Positions 1-8,278 of a stretch of DNA of 64,000 nt are shown here, piece by piece (position 1 is the stretch's first letter; each line of letters begins with the position of its first letter). The stretch comes from a virus (Duplodnaviria > Caudoviricetes): the IMG/VR virus record IMGVR_UViG_3300046526_000553, positions 64,001 to 128,000 of that record, one strand, 5' to 3'. A model generated the notes under the pieces. The model did not search any database and was not told the DNA's origin. It saw only the letters and a list, made by a program, of their open reading frames with translations. A program made the translations under genes and the position numbers.

Positions 1-152
1 AGAATCGAATGACGAGTGAACTGAAGAAGAATAAATATAAAGCCCACCCCTTGAAGATTCAAGCTAATAAAGTCCGACGAATAAGTAGGCATATTAAATC
101 ACATCCCAAAGACAAACAATCAATCAAAGTATTAGAAAAACTTTAAAAAACC

Positions 153-181
153 TTGACATAGAGTTTTTGTTGGTGTAGTAT
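153..181 (+). promoter_or_regulatory. sigma70-type promoter with TGGTG extension, upstream of large ncRNA
   Basis: TTGACA-17 nt (ending TTGGTG)-TAGTAT; same architecture recurs across the window. Confidence 0.75.
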
Positions 182-191
182 AAAACTTAGT

Positions 192-597
192 TAGTTCTTT
201 AAAACCTGCAATGGTCACCTAATCAGTTGCTAACACACGGCTAAGGTCATCAAATCGATTGGAAACAATTATCAATGTCAGCCCCCTTCTCGTGAGGGAA
301 GGGTCAATAATCAAAGGCGGGTGTTGAGGGTCGAAAGACTGAGGAGATGTGCAAACCCTATCCCTTCGGGGATATTCTTAACAACGAATTGGATTGGGCG
401 GCTCCATCTGTTCATAACTAAAGTTGTGACCAGTTAGCCGCCCACGCTTTAAGCGTAGTGTGTGAGGGTTTGTGATGCTGAAGTAGATTACTTTGTTTGC
501 TAGACCATCTAAGCGAATCTGGGGAAACTCGGTGAAGCCTCTGGTAGGAACGGCGGCAGGATAATGGTTTCAGCCCATTGCAGGTTTTAGGGAATTA
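192..597 (+). ncRNA. large structured ncRNA (~400 nt), family unassigned
   Basis: 23-bp closing stem 192-214/575-597 with G-U pairs; GUGA, GAAA and UUCG tetraloop hairpins; GGGCGGCT/AGCCGCCC helix; no ORF. Confidence 0.8.
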
Positions 598-758
598 TGA
601 AGCAGAGCTTTGTTCGCTGTTTAATATAGTAAAAACAGGAACAAAGCTGCACACAACGGTAATCGCACTACATAAATAAACGCAAGATTTTCACCGTCTA
701 AAGATGAATAAAACCAATGCCACTATAGCTAGTACTATAAGAATTGTTAAAAGCACTA

Positions 759-941
759 TTAACCTCTTTTGCGCCAATCAACGCTCCACCAGCTTGGAAC
801 GAATAATTCTATAAGAAGAATTACAACACCTATCACTACTGACAGGATACCTAAATTATGAGCACTCACTGTTATCCAAGTTGCCCAGACAGCCCCGATA
901 AAGATGGCCCAGAGGGCAAGAATCACCACGGATACTCTCAT
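759..941 (-). CDS. small two-TM membrane protein
   Basis: ORF with AAGGAG RBS and TGGTGTTATAAT upstream; hydrophobic. Confidence 0.6.
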   Translation of the reverse strand: MRVSVVILALWAIFIGAVWATWITVSAHNLGILSVVIGVVILLIELFVPSWWSVDWRKRG

Positions 942-1263
942 TTGATAATCTCCTTTAATTTATAATTTACTATCACATTATAACACCACTATAATTTGTT
1001 TGTGTATAGTATTGCACACGGTTTAGCCATGTGCTACAATCGGGTTAATGTTCAGAAGCAGGAAGGACTGAGCGTTGACCATTAACAAATTATAAAACAA
1101 ACTCGGACGGCAGGGCGGTTGTCCGAGGATAAACAAAGCCCCGCAGAGCGGTTGGCATTAGCCAGAGCTGAGAAACGGGGAAGGATTCCGTTTATGATGG
1201 AATACTCGCCACGGGTAAGATAAGCGATTCAATAACAACGAATAAGAGAAGGAGAAACCTTTC

Positions 1264-2106
1264 ATGGGTAAGATAAGCAAACTTGCTTTGCAAGTAGGTA
1301 CTTCCGTATTTGCAGTTGCAGCTATCACAACAGGTGCAGTTGCTGCTACAGCACCGTCACAAGGATGGCAGTTCAATAATAGTAAACAAGATAACTATAA
1401 GAGTGATAATCACAGTAGCGATAATCATAATAAAGATAATAATCGCAACGACAATAACAATGGTCGTAACGATAACAAAGACTATAATAAGGATGAGCAT
1501 AAATCTAACAAGGTTTATACCTCAAGCTACACGTATAAAAACGACAATCATAGTAGTAGTTATGACAAACATAGCTATAAAGTAACTAGCTATCACAAGA
1601 GCAAACATGATAGTAACTGTGGTTGCAGCACCAATGATAGCCACGGGTATAATAAATTTGGCTTTGACAAATATGGGTTCAATCGTCAAGGTTACGACAA
1701 GCATGGCTTCAACCGCTATGGGTTCGATTGCTACGGGTTTAATCGTCAGGGTTTTGATAAAAACGGATATAATAAGAGTGGTTACGATAAAGACGGATAT
1801 AGCCACCAAGGCTTTGACAAATATGGGTTCAATAAAGATGGCTATGATTGCAATGGTTACGGCCGCGATGGGTATAATAAGCAAGGCTACAATAAAAATG
1901 GCTGCGACAAATACGGTCGGTCAAAATACAACCACCGCAGTGAACACTTCAAAGAAGTTTCATACACGCACAAAGATGACAACCACAAACCTTGCCACCG
2001 GAATGATGGTGAAAAAAGCAAGAACTGGGATTCCCACAAATCTTACAACAAAGATTCTCAGTACAGTGATAACAACCAACAGGACAACTACAACAAAGTT
2101 GACTAG
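1264..2106 (+). CDS. secreted low-complexity protein with G(Y/F)(D/N)KxG repeats
   Basis: signal peptide, AAGGAG RBS, tandem GYDK/GFNR pentapeptides; hairpin terminator at ~2121-2155. Confidence 0.75.
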   Translation: MGKISKLALQVGTSVFAVAAITTGAVAATAPSQGWQFNNSKQDNYKSDNHSSDNHNKDNNRNDNNNGRNDNKDYNKDEHKSNKVYTSSYTYKNDNHSSSYDKHSYKVTSYHKSKHDSNCGCSTNDSHGYNKFGFDKYGFNRQGYDKHGFNRYGFDCYGFNRQGFDKNGYNKSGYDKDGYSHQGFDKYGFNKDGYDCNGYGRDGYNKQGYNKNGCDKYGRSKYNHRSEHFKEVSYTHKDDNHKPCHRNDGEKSKNWDSHKSYNKDSQYSDNNQQDNYNKVD

Positions 2107-2154
2107 TTGAGACAAAACTTAAAACACCCACGGGTAATATCGTGGGTGTTTTCT

Positions 2155-2501
2155 TTATTTCCTTTTTGTACGATGATAATATTCACTTTGATATTTTGAC
2201 CAAGCTTCTGCGCATTCTTCACACCGACAACTATATTTAGTGTAGCCAGTAATTGTCCCGTGTTTAAGGTGCCAGCCCCTATCCTCTTTGGTCTTTTTCC
2301 AATGACAGTCATGGCATAATACCTGACATTTGGCTAATTCAACATCCCGTTTAGACTCAGACCAACACCACACATTATTGGACACTTTAAGTTTAGGGTC
2401 AATATGGTCAAGTTCGAGATTCTCAGTGCTACCACACCTTATACATGATTTATCAACAAACCATTCAGCTCTCTTCTTTTCTCAATGTCCTTATAAGGCA
2501 T
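2155..2501 (-). pseudogene. HNH endonuclease, frameshifted near N-terminus
   Basis: CIRCGSTENLELDHIDP...CQVLCHDCH...CRCEEC motifs; ATG at 2501 (MPYKDIEKRR) is out of frame with the HNH body. Confidence 0.65.
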
Positions 2502-2557
2502 CCGGTTAGTATATCATACATTATGACTAATTATTAAAATAAAAAGATATATTCATA

Positions 2558-2636
2558 TGGGTCACGGGACAGGCTTCGAACCTGTAAAAATTCCACATTC
2601 AAAGTGTGGTGACTTTCCCAGTTTGTCTACCCGTGA
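2558..2636 (-). tRNA. tRNA-Gln(TTG)
   Basis: cloverleaf, ccaca-CTTTGAA-tgtgg, GGTTCGAA T-loop, encoded CCA. Confidence 0.9.
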
Positions 2637-2639
2637 TTA

Positions 2640-2713
2640 TGGCTGGGTGAGAACGGCTCGAACGCTCATCTACTGGCTCAGAACCAGTTATTCTACCTTT
2701 AAACTATCTCCCA
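2640..2713 (-). tRNA. tRNA-Gln(CTG)
   Basis: actgg-TTCTGAG-ccagt, CCA end. Confidence 0.85.
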
Positions 2714-2718
2714 TTATC

Positions 2719-2804
2719 TGGTGCCAGCAGAACGATTTGCACATTCGTAGTCCTAAGACGGCTGATTTACAGTCAGCTGGGTTTGTCTGCTTCCCTATAC
2801 TGGC
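2719..2804 (-). tRNA. tRNA-Tyr(GTA)
   Basis: gctga-CTGTAAA-tcagc, long variable arm, CCA end. Confidence 0.85.
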
Positions 2805-2809
2805 ATAAA

Positions 2810-2886
2810 TGGCCTCTCCCCTCCGAGTTGCACGGAGACCTTCTGGGCTTCAACCAGATGTGCAGATACTGCTACACCAGAAAGAG
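2810..2886 (-). tRNA. tRNA-Phe(GAA)
   Basis: tctgg-TTGAAGC-ccaga, CCA end. Confidence 0.85.
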
Positions 2887-2890
2887 TTGA

Positions 2891-2967
2891 TGGAGGTACC
2901 ATGACGAAATCGAACGCCACTCTCCTGGTTACAAATCAGGTGCATCGCCACTAAATGCTTTGGTACC
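2891..2967 (-). tRNA. tRNA-Thr(TGT)
   Basis: cctga-TTTGTAA-ccagg, CCA end. Confidence 0.85.
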
Positions 2968-2976
2968 AAGTAAACG

Positions 2977-3003
2977 AAAAAAGCTTCCTATGGAGGAAGC
3001 TTT
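2977..3003 (-). terminator. attenuator terminator of tRNA operon 1
   Basis: AAAGCTTCCT-ccat-AGGAAGCTTT followed by U-run on minus strand. Confidence 0.85.
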
Positions 3004-3032
3004 CTCGTAGAACTCATGTGAGAGTAAATACG

Positions 3033-3098
3033 TTAGCAGCTACCTCCACCAAACGGTGTGGTATATCGCTGTTGGGTAAACGTAAAATCTTTACTCAT
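3033..3098 (-). CDS. leader peptide 1 (MSKDFTFTQQRYTTPFGGGSC)
   Basis: leaderless ORF 7 nt below TTGACT-17-TACACT promoter (3105-3133); rich in Thr/Phe/Gln/Tyr; 3' end TGGAGGTAGCT complementary to terminator 5' arm. Confidence 0.8.
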   Translation of the reverse strand: MSKDFTFTQQRYTTPFGGGSC

Positions 3099-3135
3099 AT
3101 TGATAGTGTATAGAAAATTAATTAAAAAGTCAAGT

Positions 3136-3621
3136 TCAAAAATTCGGTCTCATGATATAAGTGAGCTCAGGACTAAAATAAATGATATGACCACCGGCTA
3201 TTATTCTTTCAACCACATGTAAATCTTCATGCTTTTCGTTTTGAAATGGATATTCTAAAATAACCGAACGCCTAACACTAAACCCCACTCCAATACACCC
3301 CCATTTAACTACCTGTAATGCTGGGAATAATTGTCCCGTATGAGTAAAATATTGTTTAAAATGAACTATATCTGCAGTGGGGTGTCGTTCAATTTCATGC
3401 TTCAGGGCAGCGACATAATTCGGTAATATGATATCATCATCGTCAAGAAAACTAACCCATTCCGTGGTTACCTGGGCTATTAATTGGTTTTTAATTAAAC
3501 TCTGTCCAATATGGTCATCATCAAAACCAACAAGATACGGGTTGTCCCCGATAGAATCAATAGCTCTCTGTAATGTATCACGCCTTACTGAAGGGATAAT
3601 AAACGTGGTTATTGGTTTCAT
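3136..3621 (-). CDS. short GT-A/family 2 glycosyltransferase
   Basis: TFIIPS..R..L.RAIDSI, EWVSFLDDDD, ED motifs. Confidence 0.75.
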   Translation of the reverse strand: MKPITTFIIPSVRRDTLQRAIDSIGDNPYLVGFDDDHIGQSLIKNQLIAQVTTEWVSFLDDDDIILPNYVAALKHEIERHPTADIVHFKQYFTHTGQLFPALQVVKWGCIGVGFSVRRSVILEYPFQNEKHEDLHVVERIIAGGHIIYFSPELTYIMRPNF

Positions 3622-3663
3622 GTATGTTGTGAGCAAGTATACCACGGTCTATAATTATATTAA

Positions 3664-3921
3664 ATGCATTTGGTTTATGACCCTAATGAACATGATTTCT
3701 TTATTGGCGAAGTACCTTTAAAAGATTTCTATATACAAGCCAGAAAAGAATCAGGGATATCGATAAATAAACTAGAACAAATAACAACATTGGCACATCC
3801 AACTTTGAGTAATATTGAGCGTGGAAATGGTAAAAAAAGTAACAGCACAAGAGCCATGCTAGCTACATTGCCCTATTTGGGTTATAACATACTAATTATA
3901 AAACGTAACAAACCAGACTAA
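3664..3921 (+). CDS. XRE-family HTH regulator
   Basis: ARKESGISINKL...TLSNIERG. Confidence 0.7.
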   Translation: MHLVYDPNEHDFFIGEVPLKDFYIQARKESGISINKLEQITTLAHPTLSNIERGNGKKSNSTRAMLATLPYLGYNILIIKRNKPD

Positions 3922-4190
3922 GTTTTTATACTATTGTCTTCCAAATTAACACTAAGGTATCTTTCTTTTCCACAGTTCGCACATTTATCCACATAATATT
4001 TATGGGTACCGAATTCCCATTTTAATGCTCTCTGATAATTATGCAATTTGCCAACTTTGCCCTTACACCACTTGCGGGTATCTTTGCTATTATGAAAATG
4101 ACCACGGGTCGGTTGACTATGGTCATGCTTGAAATCCCTTTTTATAATACCGCTCGCTCTCCACGAGCTTGAATCTTTTTTAAGTCTCAT
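3918..4190 (-). CDS. hypothetical protein (KDTRKWCKGKVG-type small phage protein)
   Basis: ORF with AAGGAG RBS and CxxC. Confidence 0.6.
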   Translation of the reverse strand: MRLKKDSSSWRASGIIKRDFKHDHSQPTRGHFHNSKDTRKWCKGKVGKLHNYQRALKWEFGTHKYYVDKCANCGKERYLSVNLEDNSIKT

Positions 4191-4659
4191 ATAACTCCTT
4201 TGTTAAACGATACTTAGGCTTGATTGCAACTTTACTGTTACCTGATTTTTTATATGGTTTGCAAAGCCCGCATCCATGATAGCCAGGCTTTTTCTTATGA
4301 TGCGCCATTTCACCTGCCTCCTCTCATTTAATGATATTTGGTCGAAGCTTCTGCTGCCTGAGCTGGTGAGGCTGCAGGACTTTTGGTGGGGAGGAGATGA
4401 ATTCCTGGTTGTCACATCTCATGACCTAGTTTTATGCGACTCTTTGGGTCTTAGGGCGTCGCACCTTGATTAGAGGCTAGCCCCCTTTAACGTCTACTTT
4501 ACCTATGTGTTATTGCTAACTAAATGGTTATGTTAACCTACGAAAATCATTTCCGGCGATTTAAACGTACCACAACCAACCACGTCGCTGCTGAGCAGCC
4601 CAGCCTTTTCCGTCACTCCCCATTAGCATTATACACCATCGTAAATATATTTCAAGATA

Positions 4660-4733
4660 TGGAGCCGCCGACAGGAATTGAACCTGCTTTATCAGTTTTG
4701 CAAACTGTTCGCTTGCCATCTGCGTCCAGCGGC
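4660..4733 (-). tRNA. tRNA-Cys(GCA)
   Basis: anticodon loop TTGCAAA, GGTTCAA T-loop, CCA. Confidence 0.9.
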
Positions 4734-4736
4734 TTA

Positions 4737-4822
4737 TGGCGGTAGATTGACATCCCGACTGTCATACCTTTCGGCACCATCCGTTTAGCAAACGGAGCCA
4801 GCTCCCAGCTGGTTAATCTACC
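4737..4822 (-). tRNA. tRNA-Ser(GCT)
   Basis: tccgt-TTGCTAA-acgga, long variable arm, atypical T-loop, CCA. Confidence 0.8.
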
Positions 4823-4825
4823 CTG

Positions 4826-4911
4826 TGGAGGAGAGCCAGAGACTCGCACTCTGAAGCCTGTCACAGCCATTTGTTTTCAAAACAAATTCCTCATCTAGCC
4901 GGATACTCTCC
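4826..4911 (-). tRNA. tRNA-Ser(TGA)
   Basis: tttgt-TTTGAAA-acaaa, variable arm, CCA. Confidence 0.85.
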
Positions 4912-4914
4912 ATA

Positions 4915-5166
4915 TTATTCATGTTTTTTCCTTCTACCTGTACGCCAGCGCCATTCATTTGTAATATCGGCATTTGCCCTTCTACACAAATCGCATCGGC
5001 ACTTATAGTAATCATATCCTTGTTTTGTACCATGCTTAAGCCCATAACCCATATCTCGTCTGGTTTTTTCAGCGTGGCATTCATGGCAAAGAATCTGACA
5101 TTTAGCAAGTTCAGCTTCCTTCCGTTCCTTCCCCCATGTCCAGATGTTATGGCTGACTTTCAGTTT
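4915..5166 (-). pseudogene. C-terminal half of HNH endonuclease (paralog of 2155-2501)
   Basis: KLKVSHNIWTW...ELAKCQILCHECH...CRCDLC, no start codon. Confidence 0.7.
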
Positions 5167-5200
5167 GGAGACAGATAGTTTACTATTAGCCTAAACCCCT
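5164..5200 (-). pseudogene. tRNA-Trp(CCA) 5' half only
   Basis: AGGGGTT acceptor strand, D arm, TCTGT-CTCCAA, then joins HNH fragment. Confidence 0.7.
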
Positions 5201-5205
5201 ATAAA

Positions 5206-5236
5206 GCAAAAACCGCCATTTCGGGTCGGGCGGTTT
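5206..5236 (-). terminator. attenuator terminator of tRNA operon 2
   Basis: AAACCGCC...GGCGGTTTTT. Confidence 0.8.
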
Positions 5237-5278
5237 CGCATATGTTTTGATAGTTGTGTCAGGTACGTGAAAACATAT

Positions 5279-5341
5279 TTAGCCAACCGCTCCTTTACAG
5301 AGCCACAAACTCGATAATGATTGACTTATAACTTTTTCCAT
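5279..5341 (-). CDS. leader peptide 2 (MEKVISQSLSSLWLCKGAVG)
   Basis: leaderless ORF 7 nt below TTGACT-17-TACTAT (5348-5376); Ser/Leu/Trp/Cys cluster; GCGGTT complementary to terminator arm AACCGC. Confidence 0.8.
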   Translation of the reverse strand: MEKVISQSLSSLWLCKGAVG

Positions 5342-5398
5342 ATAAAAATAGTATCAAACTATACACCAGAAGTCAAGGTGCACAGCTTATTGTACAAA

Positions 5399-5755
5399 CT
5401 ATAAATCGGGCATATCCTCAACTTGTTCAATGAATTCGCCCATAAATCTCCTACTGGCATCGATTCCTTTATCAAATAAATCCATTGGAGAGGGTACGGC
5501 ATTAATCAAATGTATGCCCGTATAAATTAAACCGGCAGATAGAACGTAGCGTCCGACTTTATGCTCCATGCCACGAGTAAAGGCAGCACCCAACGTTTCC
5601 TTACCAAACACATCACAAGCCACTACATACGCTCCAAGACCGCCCCAGAATAAAGTACCTTGGTGCTCATTAGTTAGGGTATTTACCTTTTCCTTGAAGC
5701 TCATACTTATAGTATACAGCCTAAACTGGGCACCGGGGAAAGCTACATCTTCCAT
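5399..5755 (-). CDS. small membrane protein (start probably at MSFKE)
   Basis: ORF track, hydrophobic segments. Confidence 0.55.
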   Translation of the reverse strand: MEDVAFPGAQFRLYTISMSFKEKVNTLTNEHQGTLFWGGLGAYVVACDVFGKETLGAAFTRGMEHKVGRYVLSAGLIYTGIHLINAVPSPMDLFDKGIDASRRFMGEFIEQVEDMPDL

Positions 5756-5822
5756 GGTGCCCTACTACAACAAAAAGAGAGACCGAATACACAGCCTCTC
5801 TTCAGGGAGTACCTAGTCTTAA

Positions 5823-6170
5823 CTAAGTTGCAGAAACGTCTCCAGCCTGGGGAGTTTCAGCTGGAGGAGTCTCTTCGGGCGGAGTTGGCTCTACTGGAGG
5901 TGTCGTGTCAGCCGGAGGAGTTGTTTCCGGTGCTGTGACAGTAAAGCCTGCAGCTGTAAGGGCATCGACAAGTGGTTGTTGACCAAATACTTCGACAAGT
6001 CCCTTAGTCTGGATAGCTTGGACGACCGCTGTTGTTACGGGGTCTTCTACTGGTGGTGGTGTCGGGACAAGATTTGCAACAGCAGTTGCTAGTGCCTGTA
6101 CATCCGCATCAACTTTGACTTCTTCTGCAAGTAAGTCTTGGACTGCTTGCTGGAACTGAGTTAAATCCAT
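5823..6170 (-). CDS. acidic Pro/Thr-rich hypothetical protein
   Basis: AGGAG RBS, ORF track. Confidence 0.65.
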   Translation of the reverse strand: MDLTQFQQAVQDLLAEEVKVDADVQALATAVANLVPTPPPVEDPVTTAVVQAIQTKGLVEVFGQQPLVDALTAAGFTVTAPETTPPADTTPPVEPTPPEETPPAETPQAGDVSAT

Positions 6171-6235
6171 TATATTTCTCCTATCTTTAAATTTCTATTT
6201 TTATTGTAACAGGGGTTTAGTATGTCTGTCAAAGA

Positions 6236-6309
6236 TGGTGAAGGCAATGGAATTCGAATCCATATTACCGGAGTGAAAATCCAGCTTCCTGCCGTTAGAA
6301 GATGCCTCC
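6236..6309 (-). tRNA. tRNA-Glu(TTC)
   Basis: ctgga-TTTTCAC-tccgg, CCA. Confidence 0.9.
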
Positions 6310-6312
6310 ATA

Positions 6313-6387
6313 TGGGGCGCATAAGGAGAATTGAACTCCTATTATATGATTGAGATTCATATTTCCTGTCCGTTAGAAGATATGCGC
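6313..6387 (-). tRNA. tRNA-Glu(CTC)
   Basis: tatga-ATCTCAA-tcata, CCA. Confidence 0.85.
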
Positions 6388-6391
6388 TTAT

Positions 6392-6464
6392 TGGTACCCG
6401 ATTCCGGCTCGAACGGAATCCTCTTCATGTAAAAAAGTCGCTCTGCCAATTGAGCTAATCGGGC
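6392..6464 (-). tRNA. tRNA-Val(TAC)
   Basis: loop TTTACAT, canonical D and T arms, CCA. Confidence 0.85.
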
Positions 6465-6468
6465 TTGA

Positions 6469-6543
6469 TGGTTAGGCATATCTGGGTCGAACAGATGACT
6501 TCACTATATAAGAGTGACATTTTGGCCGTTAAACTAATGCCTA
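6469..6543 (-). tRNA. tRNA-Ile(TAT)
   Basis: tcact-CTTATAT-agtga, CCA. Confidence 0.85.
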
Positions 6544-6550
6544 TTATCTT

Positions 6551-6751
6551 AGTGAGCGAGTAATGCACTTTTCCGATATTTTCCCGATTCTCTTTTTCTG
6601 GCGTCCCAGAAAGTATTACGGTCTCTTTAGGGGCATATAGGGAAGACTGTGTTGATTTCCCTTTACCCTCGACGGGTTCTTGGATTGGCTCACTACACCA
6701 ATCTTCAGCATTACACTAACCAGCGATGGAGCTAAGGGTGTTTCGCTCACC
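6551..6751 (-). ncRNA. ~200-nt structured RNA inside tRNA operon 3
   Basis: closing stem GGTGAGCGA/TCGCTCACT, several internal hairpins, not a cloverleaf. Confidence 0.55.
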
Positions 6752-6752
6752 T

Positions 6753-6826
6753 TGGTTGAACTGCGTGGTAATGCTCCACGGTTGGCATCTTATCAGAATG
6801 CTGTCCTACTTTTGAACGACAGTTCA
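6753..6826 (-). tRNA. tRNA-Ile(GAT)
   Basis: gcatt-CTGATAA-gatgc, atypical T-loop, CCA. Confidence 0.8.
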
Positions 6827-6830
6827 TTAT

Positions 6831-6907
6831 TGGAGGGTCTGGGGGTACTCGAAACCCCTTTAGCTGGCTTAAAAGGCCAGGGCCTCGTCCATTTCGGCAT
6901 CAGACCC
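6831..6907 (-). tRNA. tRNA-Lys(TTT)
   Basis: ctggc-CTTTTAA-gccag, CCA. Confidence 0.85.
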
Positions 6908-6914
6908 ATAGGTA

Positions 6915-6990
6915 TGGTACTCTCGGCAAGATTCGAACTTGCAAAAAAGCTGTTTCGAAGACAGGTTATCACTCCGATGATTGCGAGAGC
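6915..6990 (-). tRNA. tRNA-Arg(TCG)
   Basis: ctgt-CTTCGAA-acag, CCA. Confidence 0.8.
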
Positions 6991-6991
6991 T

Positions 6992-7064
6992 TGGTTCCGC
7001 TGTTTGGACTTTAACCAAAACCTTTAAGCTTAGAACACTTTTATGCTTATTACACCACAGCGGC
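6992..7064 (-). tRNA. tRNA-Arg(TCT), degenerate
   Basis: loop GTTCTAA, weak stems, CCA. Confidence 0.65.
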
Positions 7065-7068
7065 AAAT

Positions 7069-7143
7069 TGGAGGGCTTGGAGGGACTCGAACCCACTTAA
7101 GCTTATTTAAGAGATAAGTACCTAACCGTTCGGCATCAAGCCC
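7069..7143 (-). tRNA. tRNA-Lys(CTT)
   Basis: cttat-CTCTTAA-ataag, CCA. Confidence 0.9.
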
Positions 7144-7149
7144 GTTACA

Positions 7150-7608
7150 TTAAATATGTTTCCATGTATCTCGATTTAAGACATGCGTTATCGTTTTACC
7201 ATTTAAGCCGTATTCTCTAGAGAGCCTACGCCATCCTATACCAGTTTCTTTATGGCGTCTCCTTATTTCTAATACTTGTTCTGTGGTAAGCTTACTTGCA
7301 TGATGCTTCTCCCCAAAGCTACGTTCAAGGGGGATAAACTTACGCCCTTTTTGTAAAGCATCTACAAGATTATCACTGTAAGTCCCCAGCCACAAATGTT
7401 CAGGATTAACGCATAATCGGACATCACAGGTATGGCAGACTAACATTCCTTTTGGTATTTCACCATAAGTAAGCATAAATGCTACACGATGTGAATCTAT
7501 AACTTTATCTCCAAGTCTAAAACGACCATAACCATTGCTATTTTTAGCAGCGACCCATAGAATGCATCCGCTACCAGCTATCTCAGCTTTACTCCAAAAA
7601 CGTTGCAT
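7150..7608 (-). CDS. HNH homing endonuclease inserted in tRNA array
   Basis: RFWSK...CILW...GYGRF...HRVAF...VCHTCDVRLCVNPEHLWLGT motif plus C-terminal HTH. Confidence 0.9.
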   Translation of the reverse strand: MQRFWSKAEIAGSGCILWVAAKNSNGYGRFRLGDKVIDSHRVAFMLTYGEIPKGMLVCHTCDVRLCVNPEHLWLGTYSDNLVDALQKGRKFIPLERSFGEKHHASKLTTEQVLEIRRRHKETGIGWRRLSREYGLNGKTITHVLNRDTWKHI

Positions 7609-7650
7609 CGGTTTAGTATACCATGCACACACTTTGATTGTCAAGATACA

Positions 7651-7724
7651 TGGCTGGCACGGCCAGATTCAAACTGGCATTTTTCGGGTAACAACCGAGA
7701 GTCCTATCATTGGACGACACGCCA
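7651..7724 (-). tRNA. tRNA-Asn(GTT)
   Basis: loop TTGTTAC, CCA. Confidence 0.85.
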
Positions 7725-7742
7725 ATATTGTTAAAGTGCTTA

Positions 7743-7816
7743 TGGTACGGGTAGTCGGATTCAAACCGACGAGTCCAACTTGGAAGGATGGCAGTTTATC
7801 ACTAGCTTATACCCGT
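7743..7816 (-). tRNA. tRNA-Gly(TCC)
   Basis: loop CTTCCAA, CCA. Confidence 0.85.
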
Positions 7817-7821
7817 GTATT

Positions 7822-7897
7822 TGGTCGCGATAGACGGCAATTGCAGCCGTTCCTTAGACTTCACAGGTCTATGTGCTCCTACTTACACCACTACGCG
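7822..7897 (-). tRNA. tRNA-His(GTG)
   Basis: tagac-CTGTGAA-gtcta, CCA. Confidence 0.8.
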
Positions 7898-7904
7898 TGT
7901 ATTT

Positions 7905-7978
7905 TGGTGGAGAATAACGGTTATGCTCCGTTGTCTACTGCTTGCAAAGCAATTAGTCTACTATTGACCTAATTCCCC
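7905..7978 (-). tRNA. tRNA-Ala(TGC)
   Basis: GGGG 5' end with G3-U70, loop TTTGCAA, CCA. Confidence 0.85.
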
Positions 7979-7981
7979 TTG

Positions 7982-8058
7982 TGGTGCCAGGTTTGAGTAT
8001 TGCACTCAACTTATACTAGTTTATGAGGCTAGCAAGAACTCTATGCCTTCCACCTGGT
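7982..8058 (-). tRNA. tRNA-Met(CAT) (elongator Met or Ile2 not resolved)
   Basis: loop CTCATAA, CCA. Confidence 0.75.
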
Positions 8059-8062
8059 ATAT

Positions 8063-8137
8063 TGGCGTCCATAAGGAATTTTGAAATCCTGACCTTCCGC
8101 CTGACAAACGGGTGCTCTGCCTCTGAGCTATATGGAC
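8063..8137 (-). tRNA. tRNA-Asp(GTC)
   Basis: loop TTGTCAG, CCA. Confidence 0.85.
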
Positions 8138-8140
8138 ATA

Positions 8141-8215
8141 TGGTCTGGAACGAGAATTTCGCAATCTCGGCCTCCGGTTCCCAAAACCGGCGCTCTGCTT
8201 CTGAGCTAGTCCCAG
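8141..8215 (-). tRNA. tRNA-Pro(TGG)
   Basis: ccggt-TTTGGGA-accgg, CCA. Confidence 0.85.
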
Positions 8216-8221
8216 TTATGT

Positions 8222-8252
8222 AAAAAGCCCGCTTCTTTTGGTTGCAGGCTTT
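8222..8252 (-). terminator. attenuator terminator of tRNA operon 3
   Basis: AAAGCCTGC...GCGGGCTTTTT. Confidence 0.8.
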
Positions 8253-8278
8253 GATTTGTCTATGTGCTTGAGCTATTC

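Noticed and set aside
192-597. RNase P RNA, tmRNA or group I intron
   Set aside because: lacks GAGGAAAGUCC, tRNA-like ends with CCA, and P7/S motifs
5164-5200. intron-split tRNA-Trp
   Set aside because: no 3' tRNA half or group I core found downstream; the junction goes straight into mid-HNH coding sequence
6551-6751. theta/HDV-like ribozyme after tRNA
   Set aside because: the 5' strand pairs with the far 3' end and the element is too long for the nested double pseudoknot
2557-8223. track ORFs overlapping tRNA genes (e.g. 2557-2808, 4652-4870, 6680-7027, 7535-7972, 8023-8223)
   Set aside because: they overlap well-formed tRNA cloverleaves
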